Part shown: piece after piece, positions 24,246 to 38,204 of the stretch
How positions within the stretch are numbered: the first letter of the stretch is position 1
Layout of the letters: each line of letters opens with the position of its first letter
Origin: Malacoraja senta
Taxonomy: Eukaryota
NCBI GenBank assembly: GCA_038087875.1
Contig: CM075989.1
Span: 21,454,001-21,518,000 of the forward strand
Length of the DNA stretch: 64,000 nucleotides
Direction of reading: 5' to 3'
Notes under the pieces: generated by a model
Database searches by the model: none
The model's input: the letters and a program-made list of their open reading frames with translations, nothing else
What the model was told of the DNA's origin: nothing
Made by a program: the position numbers and the translations under genes

Positions 24246-26092
24246 GCAGGCAGGGACAGACTGCTTGTCACCTTAGGGCACATTAGGGCCTCACGGTGGC
24301 GTAGCGGTAAAGTTACATCTTTTCAGCACCAGAGACCCAGGTTCGATCCCGACTATGGGTGCTGTCTGTACGGAGTTCATATTGTACATTCTCCCTGTGA
24401 TCGCGTGGGTTTTCTCTGGGTGCTGCAGTTTCCTCCCACACTCCAAATACATGCAGGGCTGTAGGTTAATTGGCTTCGGTAAAATCTCTGGAGAGAAGAA
24501 ATGGGCGGCCCTTGGTCTGGACCCGAAACGTCACCCGTTCCTTCTCTCCAGAGATGCCGCCTGTCCCGCTGAGTTGCTCCAGCATTTTGTGTCTATCTTT
24601 GTTTTAAATTAAACTGCGCTTGATTAATTGAAACTCAGAATAAAGTTTAAACATTCAATCTTAGTGCAAGCAATTACGTTCAAATGCAGTTGGGCATAAC
24701 ACCCACGACAGTGCATTATTTAGTCCAGATAAATGAATTAGCAGCACTTTTTCGACAGCAGCAAATTTTTATTTATTTAGTTTTACATAAATTAGGTAAT
24801 CGCATTAAAAGTTGCTTGTGAAACCTTTGTTTAAATATCATTTATGTACTTTAGGTTTATAGTTTACCACCATGCTATCAATAATGCGTTAACATAATTT
24901 TGTTTGCCATTAAAATACTATCATATTTTGTTTACACAGCAGTACACTATCCCAATCCCCCACTTTGTGCGGAAGTGTAAAGGGTAGTTATTGACCCAGC
25001 CAATGGCTTTTATTTCTTTCGAAGTTATATTGAACTTCTAACAATGAACAACGAACAATGAACCATCGATAGACATACAATGCTGGAGTAACTCAGCGGG
25101 CCAGGCAGCTTCTCTGGAGAGAAGGAACGGGTGATGTTTCGGGTCTTGACCGCTCTGAAGAAGGTCATAAAGTCATAAGTGATAGGAGTAAAATTGGCCA
25201 TTCGGCCCATCGAGTCTACTCCGCCATTCAATCATGGCTGATCTATCTCTCCCTCCTCACCCCATTCTCCGGCCTTCTCCCCGTAACCTCTGACACCTAC
25301 CCGTACTAATCAAAAGTAGAAGGGTCTCGACTCGAAACGTCACCCATTCCTTCTCTCCAGAGATGCTGCCTGTCCCGTTGGGTTAGTCCAGCATTTTGTG
25401 TCTATCTTCGGTCAAAATGAGTGGCCAATTTTCCTTCAAAAAGACACACAGTCCTGGAGTAACGCAGCATTTCTGGTCATGGACAGGTGATATTTCGGAT
25501 CGAGAGCCTAATGATTCATGGTTGTTCACCTTTCCATATTCTCCAGGTATGCTGCCTGTCCTTCTGAGTTACTCCAGCGTTTTGTGTCTATCTTCGGTTT
25601 AAACCAGCATCTGCAGTTCCTTCCTACACATTTTGTCTGATCACTATCTTTTGTAGCTGAGATTTGCATCGTAAACTCTATGATATTCTGCTGTCTCGCA
25701 CAGCCGCCTTCATCACATTTAAATTAGTTTTGAAGGACTATTATAATTTCACTTCAGAGCTGCCGTAATTGTTGTAAGGCATAATTATCTTTTTTTTTTC
25801 CAAATCATTTTGTCTTTTTTTAATGCACCCTCTGTTGTCTCATTCTGTAAGGGGCAGTGCCTCTTTCATCCAGCTGCTGGCTTTCATATATATATTTTTT
25901 CCATTGAAATGTCTTTCAACCTGGCTAGAGACAAGACATCCTTACCCCCCCCCCCCCCCCGTGTCCATTTCAGTTCCTCTTTACCCCGTAATGTAGCCAG
26001 CAGTATTGTCTTCATCTTAAACCCCTTTTCTGATGCTCCAGAGAATATCCCCGAGTTCTGCCTTTTGTACCATTATTGTTTGTTTGTCTTTT

Positions 26093-26770
26093 ATGTGTGT
26101 GTGTACATGTGTGTGTGTATGTGTGTGTGTGTGTGTACATGTGTGTGTACATGTGTGTGTATGTATGTGTGAGTGTGTGTATATATATATATATATATAT
26201 GTGTGTGTTTGTGTATGTACATGTGTGTGTATATATATATATGTGTGTGTGTGTATATGTGTGTGTACATGTGTGTGTATGTATGTGTGAGCGTGTGTAT
26301 GTATGTGTGAGTGTGTGTATGTATGTGTGTGTGTGTACATGTGTGTGTGTATATGTACGTGTGTGTATGTACATGTGTGTATGTGTGTGTGTGTACATGT
26401 GTGTGTGTACATGTGTGTGTATGTATGTGTGAGTGTGTATATATATATATATATGTACATGTGTGTGCATGTATATATATATATGTGTGTGCGCATATGT
26501 ACATGTGTGTGTGTATATATATATATGTATGTGTGTATGTACATGTGTGTGTGTGTACATGGGTGTGTGTACATGTGTGTGTATGTATGTGTGAGTGTGT
26601 GTATATATCTATATGTGTGTGTGTATGTACATGTGTGTGCATGTGTATATATATATATGTGTGTGTGTATGTACATGTGTGTATGTACATGTGTGTCTAT
26701 GTACATGTGTGTGTGTGTATGTATATATATGTGTGTGAGTGTGTATGTATATGTATGTGTTTATACACAC
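26093..26770. repeat. Compound (TG)n/(TA)n microsatellite within a Rex1-type 3' UTR
   Basis: Followed by CACACACTGAAC...GCTGCAGCAAG...GGGACACTTGACAATAAA tail to about 26900. Confidence 0.9.
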
Positions 26771-27311
26771 ACTGAACTTGTTTTCTCGTTTATTGTATTT
26801 ACAGTGTACTATGTCTACATATTACGTTGTGCTGCAGCAAGTAAGAATATCATTGTTCTATCTGGGACACTTGACAATAAAACACTCTGGACTCTTGGAT
26901 ATTTCCCTGAACTTGGGCAAGGGGAGGGCAGATGCTTCTACTGTTTAAAATTTCAGCTGCAAGAGCACAAGGCAGCGGATAAACCCGTTCTCTAAACCCC
27001 CCCCCCCCCGGCATTTCAACACAGACAGGGAAGAGTTACTGCAGAATGACCCTCTAGCCCTCTCGGTTCCCCCTCTCTCCACACACAGGGATCAGCAGAC
27101 CGACCGACCGGCCTCTCATTCTTCCCACCTTTTGGTCCACTACAGCAGCCAATTTGTTATGATTTTTCTTTCCGCACACACACACACAGGTCAGGGGCTG
27201 TTTGAGGCGGCAGAAGCTGGGAGAAAATGAAGCAGCAACCGCTCTGCAAATTACATGTCTCCCGCTCTTTATGGTCTTACCCGCTGCACATTCCCCCTCT
27301 GCACGCCTAGC

Positions 27312-27861
<550 letters not shown>

Positions 27862-27864
<3 letters not shown>

Positions 27865-28270
27865 GAATCACCGCAGTCCCAGTTAACGCAGGTTAATAGA
27901 TTGATTTCAGTGACACGGATCATAATGAACAGTAAATTGTTTTATCTCTTAAGTCTTATTTGGTCAGCCAGGAAAACATATGAGGTAATATGGTTCGGAG
28001 TAAATGGACCATATAATAGATCTCCAGCTAAACCATGAAGACAAGGGTGACAGCTTCGCGATGATTAATGAAAATAATAAAGTTCCTGAAATTGAAATTT
28101 TTCTAATTTTTTCCCACCAAAACTTCAGCAGAGATGATTTGTGGCGAGTGGCGAGTGGAGAGAGACTCCTGCTCCCGTGATCAATTCCTTACTGATTTCA
28201 ACCAAGCAAAAAATCATTTCCCCCAAATACCTTTATCACTTACGCGCAGAGACTGACGTGCAGTGGTTGT
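27862..28270. promoter_or_regulatory. Candidate conserved non-coding enhancer
   Basis: Repeat-free; MEIS-type TGACAG (28048-28053) next to PBX-HOX-type TGATTAAT (28062-28069); conservation not verified. Confidence 0.35.
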
Positions 28271-28679
28271 GGACTAAAGTTTACATCCCCCCCCCGTCCC
28301 CTTCCCTCCCTCCCATCCTGAACCCACACCCCTCTCTATACCTCAGTAGACATCCTTGAATTTTTGACCTTTTTGTTTTGCCTTGTTTGGGGAATTTGCT
28401 TATACTGGCACTTACCACGGAGACTGGTCAAGGTTTTTTAGATTGTGTTTATTAAGTTTTTTTTTATCATCATCTCTCTATCTTCTCCTTGAGGTCTTGT
28501 CAGGGTGTTATGAGCCTGCAGGGAATTGATGCTGTTATTTTTGTCTTCGAACCAAAGGCAAATTAAATGGTAACGGATCCACATATGCTAAAGGAATTCT
28601 GGTTTTGCAAGTTTACGGTCAGGACATTAGTTAAACGCTCAAAGAGATGCTGTCTTTCTTTTAACTGACGCAGTTGGAC

Positions 28680-29240
28680 AGTGTAGGAAGGAACTGCAGA
28701 TGCTGGTTTAAACCGAAGATGGGCACAAAATGCTGGAGTAACTCAGCGGGACGGTCAGCATCTCTGGATAAAAGGAATCGGCGACGTTTTGGGAATCGAG
28801 ACCCTTCTTCAGACCGGGAGTCAAGGGGAGAAGGAAACGGGAGATATAGACAGTGATGTAGAGAGATGTAGATCAAATGAATGAAAGATATGCAAAAAAG
28901 TAACGATGATACAGGAAACAGGTCACTGTTAGATGTTTATAGACACAAAAAGCTGGAGTAACTCAGTGGGACAGGCAGCATCTCTGGAGAGACGGAATGG
29001 GTGATGTTTTGGGTTGAGACCCTTCTTCAGACTGATGCTGCCTGTCCAGCTGAGTTACTCCAGCATTTTCGGTTTAAACCAGCATCTGTAGTTCCTTCCT
29101 AGACATTGTTAGCTGCTTGTTAGGTGAGAACATATACAGGCAATGAGATTCAACAAGACGGCTTTGAAGCTGGTATGACTTGGGTGGGAGATGGATGGAG
29201 AGAGAGAGGGGACTTGAAGTTAGATAAATCAATATTCATA
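28680..29240 (-). mobile_element. PLE 3' fragment with a nested palindromic PLE unit (about 28938-29103)
   Basis: Host interrupted at the imperfect duplication CACTGTTAGATG / CATTGTTAGCTG; ORF end MNIDLSNFK. Confidence 0.75.
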
Positions 29241-30567
29241 GTTAGATGGACAGTGATTGAACATGCAGAAATGTTGGCATCAAATCCACACACTTTCTTT
29301 CTTACAATAAACCCCCACACGGCAACAAACAGACAGAATTCTCTAACCGAGCCATTCTGGGAGGTGGAATTCTCCAAAATCAAACAGTAGATTGCAAAGA
29401 TACCGTTTCCATATATTTTAATCTCCCATTTGCAGTCACAGTTGTTAAGTAAACCTTGCTTTGCAGACTGAACTCATTTCTGACAGCCACAGACTGAAGG
29501 CAGCTGTTAAAGTTAGGGCAGGGCCATGTCTCTTTGCTCTTCCAATACTCTCATGTTGTTGCCGTGACGCTAGTTCACCCATTTATCTGACCTAGACAAT
29601 GGATTGTAGCACAGAATATTTTCAATGGTCATTGGTGCATTATTGTCACATGCCCAAATGTACAGTGATATTCCTTTTATTTTGTATACAGTTCAGTAAA
29701 GTATCGCCACGTCTAAGCACAATCCCCGATTAGCAAAGTGTACGTCTGGTGCGTATAATCCCATCCCCCCGTGGGCTACCTACTTGCTCCTGACGGCTAC
29801 CTACTTGTCTTCCTCTCCCCTCTGTGTGGCCCCATATTCACAACTTAGAGTTGCTGCCACACAGCACCAGAGACCCAGGTTCGATCCCGAACACGGGCGC
29901 TATCTGTACGGGTTACCCGTGACCGCGTGGGTTTCTCCAGCTGCACCAATTTCCTCCCACACTACAAAGACATACAGGTTTGAAGGTTAATTGGCTTCGA
30001 TAAAAATTGTAAATTGTCCCTAGTGTGTGTTGGATAGTGCTAGTGTACGGAATGATCGCTGGTCTGCATGGACTCGGTGGGCCGAGAGGCCTGCTTCTTC
30101 GTTGCACCTCTCAACTCTTAACTTCCCTCCCATTCCAACTAATATTCTCCATAGCCGGCTGTATATGAGTATAGCCAAGCACATTATAATTTTCTTTCTC
30201 TATACAGTTCAAATATTGCCCCATTGTTTTCAAACAGTTGAAGATGCTTCGGCACTTATTACCAGTGGATCTTGAGGCAACATCGCTAAAAATATGCTCT
30301 TTTATTGTGTTATTTAATTTGAGACTTCAAACATTAGACTTTAGAGATACGGGTGGATACAGACCATTCGGTCCGCCGAGTCCGTGCCGACCAGCGATCA
30401 CCCCCATACACTGTCCTACAAACCAGGGACTATTTACAATTTTTACCAACGCTGATTCACCTACAAACCTGCACGTCTTTGGAGTGTAGGAGGAAACTGG
30501 AGTACCCGGAGAAAAACGTGCAAACTCCATACTCACAGCACCCGTAGTCATAGGTGACGTTTCGGAT

Positions 30568-31020
30568 CATAGAAACATTGAAACATAGAAAATAGGTGCA
30601 GGAGTAGGACATTCGGCCTTCGAGCCAGCACCGCCATTCAATATGATTATGGCTGATCATCCAAAATCAGTACCCCGTTCCTGCTTTCTCCCCATATTCC
30701 TTGATTTTGTTAGCATAAGAGCTAAATCTCTCTCTAGAATACATCCAGTGAATTAGCCTCCACTGCCTTCTGTGGCAGAGAATTCCACAGGTTCACAACT
30801 CGCTGGGTGAAAAAGTTTTTCCTCATTTTAGCCCTAATTGGACTATCCCTTAATCTTAAACTGTGACCCCTGGTTCTGGACTCCCCCTAATATTGGGACC
30901 ATTTTTCCTGCATCGAGCCTGTCCAATCTCTTAAGAATTTTATATGTTCCTATATCATCCCCTCTCATCCTTCTAAATTCCAGTGAGTATAAGCCCAGTC
31001 GATCCATTCTTTCATCATAT
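30568..31020 (-). mobile_element. CR1 3' fragment
   Basis: CATAGAAA tail repeats, GGCC hairpin, degenerate ORF2 end. Confidence 0.85.
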
Positions 31021-31125
31021 ATTTTCAGGCTGAAGAAGGGTTTTGATCCGAAACGTCACCCATTCCTTCTCTCCAGAGATGCTGCCTTTCCCGCTGAGTT
31101 ACCGCAGCATTTTGTGTCTATCTAT

Positions 31126-32105
31126 TGACCTTGGAGGACCCGCCCAATAGGCCCGTTCACCCAACACGGTCTCCAACGGGTCTGGGACCCACCCGACGGC
31201 TCGACAGTCGGTGAGACCAGGAACCCGCCCAAAGTCTCGTCAGACAGCGTAACCGGGAGGGAGCTGGAGAAGTCGGACACGAGGAGCATGGACCGGCAAG
31301 AGGGTGAACCGGGTTAATGCCTCCAGCACCTTTAAGGTCGGCTGCAGGAAGCGTCCCCGGGACGAGGGGTGCCAACTTTCTCACTCCCAGATAAGGGTCA
31401 AAAGGTCAAAATAAGGGACAAATTCCCTACGGCAATTCGTCGACCGACTCGGCTGTGGCTGGGTGAATGATGAGTTGGCCCAGGTGCTGGACTGCATACA
31501 AAGCCCAGCCGGCGGGCCAGCTGAGGAGTTTTGGCCCGCGCAAAGTCCAGCACCTCATCCAACTCATGATCGGCAATGAGAAGGAGGGGTGGTGGTGGTG
31601 TCGGCGGTAAGTGAAGGTCCGAAGGTCGGACAGCTGGCCGGGCTGCCGACTGATGTGGCCACGGACGAGGAGCTGCTGCTGCTGCACTCCATGGGCTGCA
31701 CTACGTCAGGACGGGTGAGGCGGGGCCGGACGCAGCGCTTCGACCCGACAGTCCCCTCGACCCAAGCAGTAGCAGTCCAATATGGGACAAGGGCAGTCCC
31801 GTATAGGACAAACCAACTTAGCCCAATATACGGGATGTCCCGGCTAATATGGGACAGTTGGCAACCCTATAGATGGGACACAAAGATGGCCGGGCGAAGA
31901 GAGGAGAGAGACATCAGTTCACGGGAACAGCTCTAGTACATCGAGCGTGCAGGCCGACCGGACTTTGGACTTTTTGAATAATGGCGGCAATAATGGCGGC
32001 AATAATGGCGGCAATAATGGTGGCGCCCGCATGTGTAATAAACGCAAAAAGAATTTGACTCTGCCGTTGCAGACGTGACGAATAAAGCTCCATTGACTGT
32101 TGACA
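31126..32105 (+). mobile_element. GC-rich non-coding retroelement with Rex1-like tail, interrupted by a MITE
   Basis: Shares CCTTYAAGGTCGGCTGCAGGA and GGACTTT...ATGGC with 39036-39487; ends TGACGAATAAAG. Confidence 0.5.
31364..31869. mobile_element. Non-autonomous DNA transposon (hAT-like MITE)
   Basis: Imperfect TIRs GAGGGGTGCCAACT / AGTTGGCAACCCTA and subterminal GGGACA repeats; no clean TSD. Confidence 0.65.
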
Positions 32106-33554
32106 AGAACCTGACATTTTAAGGCAAGAAGCTGTTCTTGAACCTGGAGGTAATGGTTCTCAAGCTCCGGCATCTTCTTCTCATCAGTAACATTGAGAAG
32201 AGATTGTGGTCAGGGTTGTGTGGACGTTAGCTAAACTATGCCTGCCACATTTCCATCCATGCTGAGTGCCAGATTTATCTTGCAGTCTGCAAGATTCCTA
32301 CATTCTCTTGAATTGACATGTAAGTAAATTAAAAATAAAATAGATTATATGGATTATTCATAAGAGGAAAATAGAAAGGTTTGTAAAACTGCATTTCATC
32401 AGCATGGGTATCGAGCAAAACTTCTTTGAAGGTCAAAGTGTCAGTCTAGCTTCACTTGAAGATGTGTAAACAAAGGAACTGCAGTTGTTGGTTTAGACAA
32501 AAGGACACAAAGTGCTGGAGTAACTCAGCGAATCAAGCAACATCTCCAGAGAATGTTGACCCTGGAGGTGACGTTTCAAGTCGGGATTGGTCAGGTCTGA
32601 AGAAGGGTCCCAACCTGAAACGTCAGCTACCCATGTTCTCCAGAAATGATTCCTGACCCGCTGAGTCACTCCAGCACTTTGTGTCCTTCACACTGAGGAG
32701 ATCACCTGATGTGATCTATCTTTCCTGCTCAATCTCACTCTCCTGCCTGCTCCCCATTGCCTTTAACGTCCATTGACTTGGCCTCCACCGCCGTCTGTGG
32801 CAATGAATTCGACAGATTCACCACCCTCTGGCTAAAGTTAATGTGCATTTTCTTCTGCACAGTTTTCATTCTTTTAGAATTTTATGTATAAACTATGTAT
32901 AATTCATAAGATCATAATATCCTAAATGATAGGAGCAGAATTAGGTCATACGGCCCAACAGGTCTATTCCGCCATTCAATCATGGCTGATCTATCTCTCC
33001 CTTCTAACCCCATTCTCCTGCCATAAACTGACTTCTATACTAATCAGCAATCCATCTATCTCTGCCTTAAAAATATCCACTGACTTGGCCTCCCCAGCCT
33101 TCTGTGGCAATTCATTCCGCAGATTCACCACCCTCCGACTAAAGAAATTCCTCCTAATCTCCTCGTATAAATGTATAAATTATCGTATAAATTATCTATT
33201 TGTGCGTATGCTTGTGATGTGCTGCAAGTAAGATTTGTCATTGTGCCTGCAACTTGTTGTATAATAAACGTTGCATAAATATAAAACTTTACAATAAATA
33301 TTGCATGTGACAATAAACTTGAATTTGAACTTATTGCTTCAGATTCTCACTCTTCTCTCTTCTTTCCAGACCACATGGTGTTTATCTTTCAGAGCAGGGT
33401 TAAATTGTTTCTTTGAACCATACGGATATTGACTGAAGAAAGACAGCGGGTCAGACAGCATCTCTGGAGAAAAGGAATAGGCAACGTTTTGGTTCGAGAC
33501 CCTTCTTCAGAACCTCTAACTATAATCCTTTCCTGAGACATCATTGAAGGGTGA

Positions 33555-33945
33555 ATGTGTAGGACGGAACTGCAGATGCTGGTTTACACCGAAGATAGAC
33601 ACAAAATGCTGGAGTGAGAATTGCTCAGCGGGTCAGACAGCATCACCGGAGAAAAGGAATAGGTGACTTTTCAGGTCAAGAAGTCAGGGGAAAGGGAAAC
33701 GAGAGATGTAGACGGTGATGTAGAGAGACAGAGAACAAATGAATGAAAGATATGCCAAAAAGCAACGATGATAAAGGAAACAGGCCATTGTTAGCTGTGG
33801 TCTAGGTGAAAACGAGTTACAGACAATGAGACTCAACAAGACGACTTTGAAGCTGGTACAATGAATTGGGTGGGGGAGGCACGGAGAGAGAGAGGATGCT
33901 TGGGTTACTTGAAGTTAGAGAAATCAATATTCATACCGCTGGGTT
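33555..33945 (-). mobile_element. PLE 3' fragment
   Basis: ORF end PSGMNIDFSNFK*, long 3' UTR, tail. Confidence 0.8.
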
Positions 33946-36084
33946 CATTTGATTGCAACCATGTTTAAACTTAGGTGCCTTGACCAATTTTAATCTACTT
34001 AACAGTTCAATTTCTTATTAACTATGTGGGCTATTTGGTAAATAAATACATATGGAGTTCATTTGATGACCTAATTACCATTCATGTTTGTGTGTATGGA
34101 TTGGGAAATAGTTCTCAGTTGATCATTTGAATTCTGAATCATTTTGCTCATCACTATCCAATTTGGAGAAATATTTTCAATGATTAAAAAAGGTGGTTTG
34201 AGGCACAGAAAATTATTATCAGGGAATAATGTTATTTGCAGCTCTGTATATTTGTAGTTGATTGCAAATTAAATAATCATTGCCCAAGTAATTTTTGACT
34301 GAACACATAAAATTGTCACTTCTTGCATTAATGCGTTCCTATTGAAAACATTGGATTCAGTACGGAAGATTAGTGTGAGCAAAAAGAATAAAGTGCCTTT
34401 TACAAAGCAGTTGCTTGACAGAATAATTTCACTAGTTTGAAGATCCATAAGTTATGAATAATGAAGGCCTAATATGAGTAGCTTATAAGGATGTACCTAT
34501 TAGATGATAATCTGTACAATTAACTGTCAGCAGCTCCACAATCTCCTTTATTACAAATTCATTTAGACTGGGAAATATATTGGCATTTGAATCGGTTAGT
34601 TGAGCCGAAGAACATGCGGAATTATTTATACAGATTATCATTGTTCAGGGCAATTAAAATATTTTTATCGCCATTTCTGAAGTACGCGTGCCAGTCAGCA
34701 ACAATTAGATAAGTTTTACATGGTTGGGTGCGAGGATGAAGAATATATGGAATTAAAACATTGTAGAGATTCACAGGCACTATAGAAACATTTTAATCCA
34801 AGTACACTGTTTAGTTTAGTTTAGTTTAGTTTAGAGATACAACCCTTCTTCAGTCTGAAGGGACTTCTTCAATCTGAAGAAGGGTCTCGACCCAAAACGT
34901 CACCCATTCCTTCCCTCCAGAGAGGCTGCCTGTCCCGCTGAGTTACTCCAGCACTTAGTCAATATCTTCGGTTTAAACCAGCATCTGCAGTTCCTTCCTA
35001 TACAAGATCCAAACTTTCAACGTAGTGCATCAATTTCCTTCAATTTTCTTTATCTTAATACAAGGGCCAGTTGAGAGGGAACTACATATATTCCAGCTTG
35101 GAATTTAAACAGTTCCACTCACTAGAAAATATAACAAAAAACAATTACAACGTGTGATTTTCATTTAATAAATTGTTGCTCAATTCAATAGGAAATTAAA
35201 TTTGATTTGAAGTGCGTCAGGTCTGACCTGTGTCAGCGTACCTGTTGCAACTGCAACACAGGTCAATAGGACAGTTGCAATCTTACGTTCACTAATTTTG
35301 ATCATTCACAAATTCACAAATTTACAAATTCTAGTTTGACCTAAAGGACAGCGCATCTGGAGTTTTATCACGATGCACTGTGCAATATGCAATATGTAAA
35401 TAGTGTACATTATGGATTATGACAGATTATGGATTATGACAGATTCTGTGGATATTTTTAAGGCAGAGATAGTTAGATTCTTGATTAGTACGGGTGACAG
35501 AGGTTATGGGGAAAAGGCAGGAGAATGGGGTTAGAAGGGAGAGATAGATCAGCCATGATTGAAGGGCAGAGTAGACTTGATGGGCCGAATGTCCTAATTC
35601 TGCTCCTATCACTTATGATCTTATGACACGCTAGGTTATTTAAGAAATTAAGGAGAGAGAAAAACAGACCGACTGACCTGCTAACCTGATCTTGGTGGTG
35701 GGAAGACACAAGGAACTGCAGATGCGAGAATCTTGAGCAAAAAGGGTCGAATGAAGGGTCCGATCCAAAATGTCAAATGTCCATTTCCCTTTATAGTTGC
35801 TTCCTGACCCGCTGAGTTCCTCCAGCAGTATGTTGAGGGGCAACCTTTTCACTCAGAGGGTGGTGTGTACATGGAGCGAGCGGCCAGAGGAAGTTGAGGC
35901 AGGTACTGTAACACCATTTAAAAGACACTTGCACAGGTACATGGATAGGGAAGGCTTAGAGGGATGTAGGCCAAACACAGGCAAATGGGATTCACTTAGA
36001 TGAGGCATCTGGGTCAACATGGACAAGTTGGGCCGAGTGGCCTGTTTCTGTGCTGTGTGACTCTCTGACTGTAACTCCATGGTA

Positions 36085-36365
36085 CATTAGATTAGATTAG
36101 ATAGCCCTTTATTGTCATTCAGACCGAAGTCTGAACGAAATTGCAACAGTCATACATAAAACAACAATAAACACATATTAACATCCACCACAGTGAGTCC
36201 ACCCAACATCTCCTCACTGTGATGGAGGCAAAAGTCTTAGGTCTGCAGTCTCTTCCCTCCTCTTCTCCCTCTGCGCTGAGGCGATACCCCCTAGGCGATG
36301 TTTCCCGCGGCTCAAACACCGCGGCCCGGGGTGGTCGAAGCTGCCGCCCACCAGTCCTGCAGACG
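36085..36365 (-). mobile_element. Short non-autonomous retroelement with (TCTAA)n tail and 3' hairpin
   Basis: Closely similar to 47740-47971; hairpin TTCAGAC-TTCG-GTCTGAA on the - strand. Confidence 0.7.
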
Positions 36366-36685
36366 CTGGTTGGAGAACATGGAATTGGAATTGTGCACTT
36401 GTATGGATTGTCTGTAGGTTAGAAAAGAGTAATACTAAACAAAGACCCTACTCGTATTGGCAGGTTCCATAAAGTATCCCAACGTTTAAAAAATGTATTG
36501 AGAGTTTAGCTCAGAGACACTAGTGTAGCATTTCTACATTTGCTAATCAGTCACGTGACGACTCTTATGCAGGTGAGGTCTGCTTCACGATTTCATCAGA
36601 TTGTACACAAACTAAAGTATTTCACTGTACCTCGGTACACGTAACAATAAATTATCATTGAATCATTCAAAAGCAGCATAAAGTC

Positions 36686-37635
36686 AGAGTCACAGTGCGG
36701 AAACAGGCCCTTCGGCCCAACTTGCCCACACCAACCAACATGCCCCATCTACACGAGTACCACCTGCCTGCATTTGGCCCATATCCCTCTAAGGGGGAAA
36801 TCTTTTAGGACCGAGATGAGAAAAAAAAAATTCACACAGAGAGTGGCGAATCTGTGGAATTCTCTGCCACAGAAGGTAGTTGAGGCCAGTTCATTGGCTA
36901 TATTTAAGAGGGAGTTAGATGTGGGCCTTGTGGCTAAAGGGTTCAGGGGGTATGGAGAGAAGGCAGGTACAGGATACTGAGTTGGATGATCAGCCATGAT
37001 CATATTGAATGGCGGTGCAGGCTCGAAGGGCCGAATGGCCTACTCCTGCACCTATTTTCTATGTTTCTATGTAAACCAAGGGTTCCCAACCTGAGGTAAA
37101 TCCCCCCCCCCCTCCCCCAAGGGGTAAATTTGTTGATTGTGGATTTGTACATATTTGTTCTCATTGACGGACTGTGTTTGGTTCTGGTATACCGGTATGT
37201 GGTCATCATTAGTTGTTCATAAATAAGTGAAATAACATTGTTATGTGCTTTTAAAGTTTCCAGGGGTAAACGGGATGAAAAAGGTTGGGAACCCCTGGCA
37301 TAAACCTTTCCTATCTATGTACTTGTCCAAATGTGATAGCCCCTTCATCAACTACCTCCTCTGGCAGCTCATTCCCATACCTACCACCCTCTGTGTGAAA
37401 AAATTGCCCCCCAAGTTCCTACTAAATCTCCCCCCCCCCCCCTCACCTTAAACCTATGTCCTCTGGTTTTTGTTTCCCCAACTCTGGGAAAAAGACTCAG
37501 TCCATTTACACTCATCTATTCCTCTCATGATTTTATACAGCTCTATAAGATCACCCCTCATCCTCCTGCGCTCCAAGGAATAAAATCGTAGCCTGCTCAA
37601 TCTCTCCCTTTAGCTCAGGCCCTCCAGTCTTGGCA
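36686..37635 (-). mobile_element. HER1/CR1 LINE 3' fragment hosting two nested insertions
   Basis: Collinear with 42660-42992 once the CR1 (+) fragment 36791-37072 and the MITE 37077-37297 are removed. Confidence 0.8.
37077..37297. mobile_element. hAT (Charlie-like) MITE
   Basis: TIRs CAAGGGTTCCCAACCT / AGGTTGGGAACCCCTG; partial TSD TAAAC on both sides. Confidence 0.75.
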
Positions 37636-37806
37636 TCTGAGAGTTCAAATATATCACATCCCCATTATCTGCTTTACTGGTTACAACCTCAAACACTAAC
37701 AGCTTTGTCAAACATGATTTTCCTTTTATAAATCCATGTTGTGTCTTTCTCATGCCTGTTCTTATTTTCCATAGTCCCAGTTAAATTTTTATGATAATAA
37801 CTCTTA

Positions 37807-37911
37807 AGGGCCTGTCCCACTTACGCGATTTTTTTCGGCGACTTGCCGGCACCCGACTATGACGGGTGCCAGCAAGTCGCCGAAATAAGTCGCGTAAGTA
37901 GGACAGGTCCT
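37807..37911. mobile_element. 105-bp PIF/Harbinger-type MITE (near-perfect hairpin)
   Basis: TIR AGGGCCTGTCCCACTTACGCGA / TCGCGTAAGTAGGACAGGTCCT; TTA TSD at 37804-37806 and 37912-37914. Confidence 0.85.
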
Positions 37912-38204
37912 TTAGCATTTTTGCTGCTCAAGTTGTCATTCTAACTGGTTTGTTATTCCTATTTTCTCTCTTCCTTTCTGTCTTAATGATATGACTTTGA
38001 GTCGGGACAAAATTAAAGTGAACATGAAGAAAATCAGTAAAAGTCACAAAGATTCAAAGCAAGTAAATGTAGACTTTACGATGAGTCCAGGCATTGATCA
38101 TTTTGTGCTTCAAGATTCAAGAAACTCTTCGGAGGACGGAGTTATAATAGGACGGAAATTCAGGAAAATAGAATTCTTCAAGTATGTTTGGTTTGGTTTA
38201 GTTA

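Noticed and set aside
35224..35265. 10-bp inverted repeat TGACCTGTGT...ACACAGGTCA as a pre-miRNA
   Set aside because: Stem too short; no recognised mature sequence
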